Part shown: positions 57,884 to 64,000 of the stretch, in pieces
Layout of the letters: each line of letters starts with the position of its first letter
How positions within the stretch are numbered: the first letter of the stretch is position 1
Source: an uncultured bacterium
GTDB taxonomy: Bacteria > Hydrogenedentota > CAZGCA01 > CBFDCQ01
DNA length: 64,000 nt
NCBI GenBank assembly: GCA_965603355.1
Contig: CBFDCQ010000001.1
Location: forward strand, 106,350-170,349
Direction of reading: 5' to 3'
Notes under the pieces: model-generated
Seen by the model: only the letters and a program-made list of their open reading frames with translations
Told to the model about the DNA's origin: nothing
Database searches by the model: none
Made by a program: the position numbers and the translations under genes

Positions 57884-60053
57884 GCGGATTAGAATAGACG
57901 CGTTCGGACTGTTCAGCCGCGGCGTCACGGCGGAGTTCGGGAAAGCTCCAATCGCGGTCGTCCTGGGCGACAATGAATCGGGTAAGACCACGATGATGGA
58001 GGCGATCGTCGCTACCATTTTCGGATTCTTGAACCCCCAGAACGAAGAAGCGCGGCGACCCTGGCAGGAACACGAACGCTATTCCTGCTCAATCACACTT
58101 CGGTTGAACGACTCATCGCTGATAGAAGTAGCCCGCAACTTCGATGATAACGCCGTTAGAATGCGCCGATTGACCGGCGAATCCGAGGAACTGATCTTCG
58201 CGGGCAAAGCAAGTCCCAGAAGCAGGTCCGCGGACGCGGACCGATACGCCGCGCTCCTCGAGGACATACTCGGACTTAGAGAGGTCACGGTGTTCATGGC
58301 GTCCGTTTTCGTCCGACAGGAACACCTGCAGACCGAGCTGAGCGAAGGCATGAGGCGGGCTGTGTCCGGCGCGGTTTCAACCGACTACGAGAAGGCGCGC
58401 GCAGCTCTCACGGAGAGGTTCTTCAAGCTCACAAAACACAATCCGTGGGGCAACCGGGACAAGAAGAACGACAGAAAGATCGAGGAGCTCCAGAAACAAC
58501 AGGCCGAGGTCACCGGAAAACTGGATGCGCTGGGCGAAGCGGAGCAAGGCATAGGGAGTCTTCTTGAACAAGATCAGCGTATGAAGGATGAGATTGAGCA
58601 GATTAAGCGCCAGGTGCAAGAGAATGAGCAGGCGTTGAGGAGCGTCGCGGAGTTCAATCGCCTGAACAATGACAAAGAGCGGGCGCGTGAACGGGAGACC
58701 ACGCTCAGACGCGAGCTCGAGAACGTGCGCGTGACGAGGGCGCGGATGGAAGAAATAACAACGGAACTGAAAGAGAAGTACCCGGATTTCGACAGCGCGG
58801 ATATGCCTTTTCAACAGCTGCTGGTGCGGGCCGCCGAACTCGAGGACGAGGAGGGACGACGCGAGCAGGCAGTCCGTGTTGAGCAAGGACGACTTGATAT
58901 GGCCCGGCAGAACGAACTCAAGAGCGCGGGGTTGGCTCTTGCTGTCTTCATGGCCCTTGTCGGCGGGGTGGTCGGTTTTGCAGTAACAGGTGTTCCGACG
59001 TGCCTGGCCGGAGTTCTCGTTGGCGGGGCGCTGGGTTACCTGCTGCCTCACCTCTTGCCGTCGCTGCCGGGGGGGAAAGCCGCCAAGGCGCAGGTTCGCG
59101 TGTCAACGTTCCGCGAGGAACTTCAGGGCATTTGTGAGCGAAGGGAGCGGGTTTTCCGGGAGATCGAAACGCTCTGCGGCACGACGGATGTTGCCGCCAT
59201 CTCCGTCCAGTTCGAAGAGTACCGGGCGCTCCAGAATCAACTCGACGCGGCAGAAAACCTCAGCAAGACGTTCCGGGCGGAGCAGGAGATGAAAGACGAC
59301 TACGACGCGGCGGTACAACAGCTCGTTGTCATAGAGAATCAGACCGACGGACTGCTCCGAACGGCAACGTCGCTGGGCCTGTTGAAGGACGACCCGCAAG
59401 ATGCGCTCATTCTCGAAACCAAACTCAGAAGCTCTTGCGAGGAAATGAGGGCGAACCTCGAGGAGAAAAGAGAGCGCGAGGTGGAAATGCAGGTGGAGAT
59501 CGCCCGGTTGAGCGGCGCGCAAGCGGACGATCGCCCGCTTCTGGAGGAACAGATCGAGGATATGGAGCGCGAACTAGTGCGGCTCGCCTTGAACCGCGAC
59601 GCCCTCAAGTGCGCGGTCGACGTCCTTTCGGAGGCGATAATAGAGTACCGTAAGGCTTACCTGCCGATGTTGGAGGCGGACATTACAGATCTGTTCTCGC
59701 GTATCGTGGGGGAGAAATACAGCCGGATACACTTTGACAGGACTCTCAAGCCGCAAGTGGACGCGCAGGAACGTTCGGACATCGAACCGGCGGCGCTCAG
59801 TGTTGGCACTCGCGATCAACTCTACCTGGCGATGCGGCTCGCCTTTGCAAGGCAGATATCGGGCGGCGAGACTCTGCCGCTGATTCTCGATGATCCCTTC
59901 ACGAACTTCGACGAGCGCAGGCTGGCTGCCGTTCACGAGATACTTAGGTCAGCGAGTGCGGATCAGCAGGTTATACTGTTCACGCACGACCGGCGTCTCT
60001 CGGGCTGGACCGATCTCGTAGTGGAACTCAACGAAGCCGGCTCTCAAATGTGA
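57873..60053 (+). CDS. SbcC/Rad50-like AAA ATPase with a central transmembrane hairpin (YhaN/SbcE-like)
   Basis: N-terminal Walker A GDNESGKTT. A long coiled coil is interrupted by two hydrophobic helices (LALAVFMALVGGVVGFAV, LAGVLVGGALGYLLPHLL). C-terminal signature and D-loop (QLYLAMRLAFARQISGGETLPLILDDPF). It overlaps the SbcD-like gene by 11 nt. Confidence 0.8.
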   Translation: MRIERIRIDAFGLFSRGVTAEFGKAPIAVVLGDNESGKTTMMEAIVATIFGFLNPQNEEARRPWQEHERYSCSITLRLNDSSLIEVARNFDDNAVRMRRLTGESEELIFAGKASPRSRSADADRYAALLEDILGLREVTVFMASVFVRQEHLQTELSEGMRRAVSGAVSTDYEKARAALTERFFKLTKHNPWGNRDKKNDRKIEELQKQQAEVTGKLDALGEAEQGIGSLLEQDQRMKDEIEQIKRQVQENEQALRSVAEFNRLNNDKERARERETTLRRELENVRVTRARMEEITTELKEKYPDFDSADMPFQQLLVRAAELEDEEGRREQAVRVEQGRLDMARQNELKSAGLALAVFMALVGGVVGFAVTGVPTCLAGVLVGGALGYLLPHLLPSLPGGKAAKAQVRVSTFREELQGICERRERVFREIETLCGTTDVAAISVQFEEYRALQNQLDAAENLSKTFRAEQEMKDDYDAAVQQLVVIENQTDGLLRTATSLGLLKDDPQDALILETKLRSSCEEMRANLEEKREREVEMQVEIARLSGAQADDRPLLEEQIEDMERELVRLALNRDALKCAVDVLSEAIIEYRKAYLPMLEADITDLFSRIVGEKYSRIHFDRTLKPQVDAQERSDIEPAALSVGTRDQLYLAMRLAFARQISGGETLPLILDDPFTNFDERRLAAVHEILRSASADQQVILFTHDRRLSGWTDLVVELNEAGSQM

Positions 60054-60064
60054 AGCACCGGCAT

Positions 60065-61213
60065 CTAGCGATTGAGCAGCCTCGCGAGCAAACCCGACTT
60101 CAATTTCATTGCCCCGCTGGGACACATTTCCTGGCAGCAGTAGCAGCGAATGCACTTGCTCTTGTCAATTAGGATCTTCGATCCAGCCAGCTTTATTGCC
60201 TTGGGAACTGCCGGACATGCCTCGACACACACCCCGCACAGCGTGCACAGCTTCTTGTCCGGAGCCGGCTTCGGGACAAGCGATTCCGTCAAACGTCTGG
60301 CCACTGACGGGGGAAACGGTCCAAACTGCGCTATTCGGTTGACGACCTGGAGCCTCTGGAAGTCCTCCACGAAAACGTTCTCGACCGGCTCGCCCAGAAC
60401 CTCTATATCATCCATCTCCTCGGCCATGTACCCGCTCTCGTAAGCCGCTCGCGTGGTCGGCACCGTTATCGGATCGATATTGACGACGCGGCACGCTACG
60501 ACGTCAACCGCCGGAAAGTCCCTGCCGGCGACTATGACGCCAACGTCCCTCGGAGTGCCGCCGCTGGGGCCGTTGCCCTCCATCGCGACGATTCCGTCCA
60601 TAACGGCGAGCGCGAGTTTGGGCCTGAGATACCTGTTGATGTCAAGCAGCACTTCTGCGAAATGCTCCCTGTCCGGGAACCTGCAATGGTGCTGCGCTTT
60701 AAGGAATCCCGGGACGCAGCCGAACTGGTTCTTCACTGCCCCGGTGAAGTATACCTGACCGTGGGTCTTGAGCTTGGGAAGGGAAATGATCTTGTCCGCC
60801 TCCACGGCGGCTCGTGAGAGAACCAGCTTCTTTGCGCGAAGTCCGGTTTCGTTCTCAACCTCGACGAGGCTGGCGGAGAAGTCCATTGTTTCCGCGCCCA
60901 ATTCCTCCGCCACAGCCCCGATCCCGGTGGCGCGCAACACCCTCTCACAACGCGCGATCCCGGGACTATCGCCGACCAGCGGTATCGCGCCGGCTTCCTT
61001 CACCAGCTTTATTACGGCGGCCACGAGCGACGGATGAGTGGTGATGGCTTTTCTCGGGGCGGCAGGGTGAAGCATGTTCGGCTTGATCAGAACCCGCTCA
61101 CCAGGGCGTACAACCGACGAGATGCCACCTAGCAGACGGACTGCTTCTCGGACAGCGTCCTCCACCTCATCTCGCTCATACCCGGAACACTTAACCAGCG
61201 AAACTTCCGCCAT
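60065..61213 (-). CDS. DUF362 domain protein fused to a C-terminal 4Fe-4S dicluster ferredoxin domain
   Basis: The start is taken at MAEVSLVKCSGYE (61213); the ORF-track start is 61330. The DUF362 core is followed by CTLCGVCVEACP ... CIRCYCCQEMCP. Confidence 0.7.
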   Translation of the reverse strand: MAEVSLVKCSGYERDEVEDAVREAVRLLGGISSVVRPGERVLIKPNMLHPAAPRKAITTHPSLVAAVIKLVKEAGAIPLVGDSPGIARCERVLRATGIGAVAEELGAETMDFSASLVEVENETGLRAKKLVLSRAAVEADKIISLPKLKTHGQVYFTGAVKNQFGCVPGFLKAQHHCRFPDREHFAEVLLDINRYLRPKLALAVMDGIVAMEGNGPSGGTPRDVGVIVAGRDFPAVDVVACRVVNIDPITVPTTRAAYESGYMAEEMDDIEVLGEPVENVFVEDFQRLQVVNRIAQFGPFPPSVARRLTESLVPKPAPDKKLCTLCGVCVEACPAVPKAIKLAGSKILIDKSKCIRCYCCQEMCPSGAMKLKSGLLARLLNR

Positions 61214-61403
61214 AATCAACCGCACCTCCCATGCAGGCGGTATGGTATCACACGAGCAACGGCAGGTCAACGGATTGCGCGTAAGAGCGAAGACAGTTGC
61301 CATTCCGTGACGCCCTCTGCCTGTTACCACATTTTCTTCTTGACTTTTGGGAACAGATTACATAGGATTTGGCTGCAAAATCTTGGCTTGGCGGCGTCAG
61401 TGT

Positions 61404-61479
<76 letters not shown>

Positions 61480-61536
61480 TTCTTACTCGTCCCTGCCTCG
61501 GGGAGGAACGGCACGGCATATCGCCTGTGTGTTTCC

Positions 61537-61566
61537 TTGACTTTGGCTAGACGCCTTTGTTATAAT
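61537..61566 (+). promoter_or_regulatory. sigma-70 promoter TTGACT-N18-TATAAT driving the downstream ABC operon
   Basis: TTGACT is at 61537-61542 and TATAAT at 61561-61566. GGAGGG lies 7 nt before the GTG start at 61634. Confidence 0.5.
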
Positions 61567-61633
61567 CGTACGTTATGCATGCTATAAACTTGGATCAACA
61601 GGAAGTGACTGTCTATTTGAGGAGGGCTACCAG

Positions 61634-62620
61634 GTGGCACCTGTTATTGAAACGAAAGACTTGACGAAGATCTATATCACCTTCTTCGGCACTCAACAGA
61701 TTCCCGCACTGGATAAGGTCGATCTTTCCGTAGAGCAGGGTGAAATATTCGGTTTCCTGGGCCCGAACGGGGCGGGAAAAACCACTGCAGTCAAGATCTT
61801 TCTCAGTCTGATATTTCCGACTTCGGGTGAAGTCCACATTCTGGGCCAGAACCCCGGATCACCCAAGGTTAAGAGGCAGATCGGCTACCTTCCCGAAGGT
61901 TCGTATTTCCCCGATTTCCTTCGCGGAGAAGAGGTGCTGAGATTCTACGGCCAACTATACGGCCTGCGGGGCAAGGACCTCCGAGATAGGATCACGGCAA
62001 CACTGGACCTCGTGGGATTGCAGGAGGCGCGTGGAATTCTCGTCAAGTACTACTCAAAGGGTATGCGCCAGCGCATAGGTCTTGCCCAGGCGCTGCTGAG
62101 TGATCCCGACATTCTTATCCTTGACGAACCTACTACGGGACTCGACCCTATCGCGCGAAGAGAGATCAGGGATATACTGATTAACCTTAAGGTCGAGCGT
62201 GGAAAAACGCTGTTCATCTGCTCGCACGAACTGCTTGAAGTCGAACTAATGTGTGACCGCGTGGCGATTCTCGACCGAGGCAAGGTCGTGAAGAGCGGAC
62301 GGCTCGACGAGATGGTCTATTCTGAACGCGATGTCGAAATAGTCGCTCAGGGCGTGGGCGAAAAGCTTGAGAACGAATTCCGCGGCGAGAGTCTCAATGT
62401 CTCCGAAGCGGGAAGAGGAAAACTGCGAATAGAAGTGCCCCGTGAAAAGGGTGTGTTTCAGGTTATTCACAGACTTGAGCAACAAGGCGCCGAGCTCGTC
62501 AGCATGTCCCCTCGCAAACAATCCCTCGAGGACATCTTTCTGCAGGCTGTGCGAGATAGCGCGGCGGCACGCGAGGCGGCTGCGAGCGCCGAATCTGCAA
62601 CCAACGAGAACGAAACTTAG
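61634..62620 (+). CDS. ABC transporter ATP-binding protein
   Basis: Walker A GPNGAGKTT, signature YSKGMRQRIGLAQAL, Walker B ILILDEPT. It has a C-terminal regulatory extension. Confidence 0.9.
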   Translation: MAPVIETKDLTKIYITFFGTQQIPALDKVDLSVEQGEIFGFLGPNGAGKTTAVKIFLSLIFPTSGEVHILGQNPGSPKVKRQIGYLPEGSYFPDFLRGEEVLRFYGQLYGLRGKDLRDRITATLDLVGLQEARGILVKYYSKGMRQRIGLAQALLSDPDILILDEPTTGLDPIARREIRDILINLKVERGKTLFICSHELLEVELMCDRVAILDRGKVVKSGRLDEMVYSERDVEIVAQGVGEKLENEFRGESLNVSEAGRGKLRIEVPREKGVFQVIHRLEQQGAELVSMSPRKQSLEDIFLQAVRDSAAAREAAASAESATNENET

Positions 62621-62638
62621 GTAAGGGGATTCCAGACT

Positions 62639-63421
62639 ATGAACTTCTTTTGGATAGCTGCAAATACGTACAGAGAAGGTATCAGAAAAAAGACCTTGAT
62701 AGGGTTTCTCATCGTCGCGCTGCTCGTGATAGGAGGGAGCACGTTCCTGACCGTGCTCTCGCCCGGCGAGGAGGTGAAGATGGTCAAGGACGTCTGCCTC
62801 GCGGCACTGAGCATGTTCGGGATGTTGATCGCTGTCTTCACGGCGGGATCAATGGTCCCGACTGAGCTCGAGAACAAGACGATTTACACTGTGCTGTCAA
62901 AACCGCTCCGGCGATTCGAGTATGTTATCGGCAAGTTCGTGGGAATCCAGTTCATACTGATCCTGAACCTGGGTTTGATGGGGCTTCTTTCACTCGTCAT
63001 CCTTTTTACGAGAGAACACATCATCTCCACGATCCTGATCAAATCAGTCCTTCTTACTTACCTTGAACTGATGGTCCTTTCCGCGCTCACGTTTGCGGTT
63101 TCGATGGTATCGTCATCGGCGGTTCTGCCGATAATCTCCGGCGCTTTCATCTACATCATCGGACATCTCGTGGAGTACCTGAAAGGATTGAGCAACCACG
63201 CCATGCAAGCAGGCCAGGCACTCATTGCCAGCGTGATCAAGCTGCTCTACTGGGTGCTGCCCGACCTGAACAAGTACAACATAAGAGATCAGCTTATCCA
63301 CCTGCAGCCTAACGACCCTCGCATAGGCATCATCATGTGGCAGCTTGTGCTGTACACGATCCTATGTGTCGCCGTTGGGATATGTATAGCCCACTTGTTG
63401 TTCAGACGAAAAGAGGTTTAA
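62639..63421 (+). CDS. ABC-2 type transporter permease
   Basis: Six TM helices. It starts 19 nt after the ATPase stop. Confidence 0.75.
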   Translation: MNFFWIAANTYREGIRKKTLIGFLIVALLVIGGSTFLTVLSPGEEVKMVKDVCLAALSMFGMLIAVFTAGSMVPTELENKTIYTVLSKPLRRFEYVIGKFVGIQFILILNLGLMGLLSLVILFTREHIISTILIKSVLLTYLELMVLSALTFAVSMVSSSAVLPIISGAFIYIIGHLVEYLKGLSNHAMQAGQALIASVIKLLYWVLPDLNKYNIRDQLIHLQPNDPRIGIIMWQLVLYTILCVAVGICIAHLLFRRKEV

Positions 63422-63437
63422 CCGGAAAGACAACTCT

Positions 63438-64000
63438 ATGAGCAACGAGACACGGACAACGAAACAGCGCGCGGAATCCGCAAGACTTTTCATACTGCTG
63501 GCCGTGTTGCTTTTTATCGTCGCCCGAATCGCGGTGCGACTCGACTACCTCGAAACCTCTTACAGCTTTTACGGATGGCTGCTGGCAAGAGCCACGGAAA
63601 CGGACGTCATCAAACCTGTGCTGTTAACTCCAGGAGAACAGGAGGCGACCGAGGAGAATGTATTCTTCGAGAAAGTGCGGACTTCTCTGAGCGAAAGGAC
63701 GGGTGGCCAACTGGTTTCCGAAGTGGAGGAGACTCACCTTTGGTCGCTGGTTTTGGCGGAGATGAAGCAGCCGACCCGATTGGAGTTCGAGAGGCTTGCC
63801 AGTGACGGGAAACTCAACCTTCCATACGGCGCGATAGACTGGTCGGAGGAATCCGTAGGCGCCCATCTTGGCAGCCTCATTCTCGGTTTCCGCAGCGCGG
63901 TTGCCGATCTCCTGTGGCTTAAAGTTGATGAGTACTGGCATCAGGGACGGATGGAGATGATGCTGCCGATGATGCAAACCGTGGTGACACTTGACCCGCA
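63438..64000 (+). CDS. hypothetical protein, 3'-truncated by the window edge
   Basis: The ATG at 63438 (MSNETRTTKQRAESARLFILLAVLLFIVARIA...) has an N-terminal TM. The frame is open to the end of the window. Confidence 0.4.
   Translation, partial: MSNETRTTKQRAESARLFILLAVLLFIVARIAVRLDYLETSYSFYGWLLARATETDVIKPVLLTPGEQEATEENVFFEKVRTSLSERTGGQLVSEVEETHLWSLVLAEMKQPTRLEFERLASDGKLNLPYGAIDWSEESVGAHLGSLILGFRSAVADLLWLKVDEYWHQGRMEMMLPMMQTVVTLDP

Noticed and set aside
61330-61403. Possible integrase or mobile element adjacent to tRNA-Phe
   Set aside because: No integrase-like ORF or attachment-site repeat is within the window. The flanking genes are ordinary metabolic and transport genes.

Overview
GC-rich bacterial chromosomal segment, probably from an uncultivated Gram-negative lineage. 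Coding density is high with no rRNA genes, no CRISPR array and no integrase or transposase ORFs. Left to right: (i) an ECF sigma / zinc-finger anti-sigma / secreted coiled-coil protein operon; (ii) a DUF362 protein, a ~1000-aa secreted (alpha/alpha)-toroid-like enzyme with a C-terminal CARDB domain and an SSF transporter; (iii) REP-like (GTAG + GC palindrome) elements and a 25-nt inverted-repeat pair in two intergenic spacers; (iv) a tandem pair of giant secreted proteins, a 1356-aa Pmp-like beta-helix protein (GGA[ILV]/FxxN repeats, TSP3 repeats, PKD, two novel Cys-containing C-terminal domains) followed by a 14-blade FG-GAP/VCBS propeller protein with TSP3 repeats and a C-terminal 'GPCFIATAAYG' box + TM + basic tail; (v) c-di-GMP signalling genes (REC-GAF-HD-GYP regulator and a degenerate GGDEF membrane protein); (vi) a cysteine / Fe-S cluster locus, cysE-nifU-nifS convergent with an Rrf2 regulator-cysK-(Cys/Met PLP enzyme fused in frame to a second cysteine desulfurase) operon driven by a perfect consensus sigma-70 promoter overlapped by a palindromic operator; (vii) a radical SAM/SPASM + membrane GT2 + strongly SD-preceded 71-aa Cys-containing small ORF + LtaS-like Thr-type sulfatase-fold cluster; (viii) a beta-CASP RNase, FapA/DUF342, a QueG-like Fe-S protein, a GT-B capsule-like enzyme + LPG-synthase-TM-like protein + TPR protein; (ix) groES-groEL preceded by a ~700-nt leader carrying a sigma-70-like and a textbook sigma-54 promoter but no CIRCE; (x) a GldA/GldF/GldG + DUF4340 ABC operon, a UDPGP-family uridylyltransferase, an SbcD/SbcC-like pair whose ATPase has a central TM hairpin, a DUF362-ferredoxin fusion, tRNA-Phe(GAA) and a second ABC-2 operon. 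The most interesting candidates are the giant-adhesin operon with undescribed C-terminal modules, the Cys/Met-PLP::desulfurase fusion with a retained internal SD+ATG, the rSAM/GT2/small-peptide/LtaS-like cluster and the sigma-54 promoter in front of groESL.
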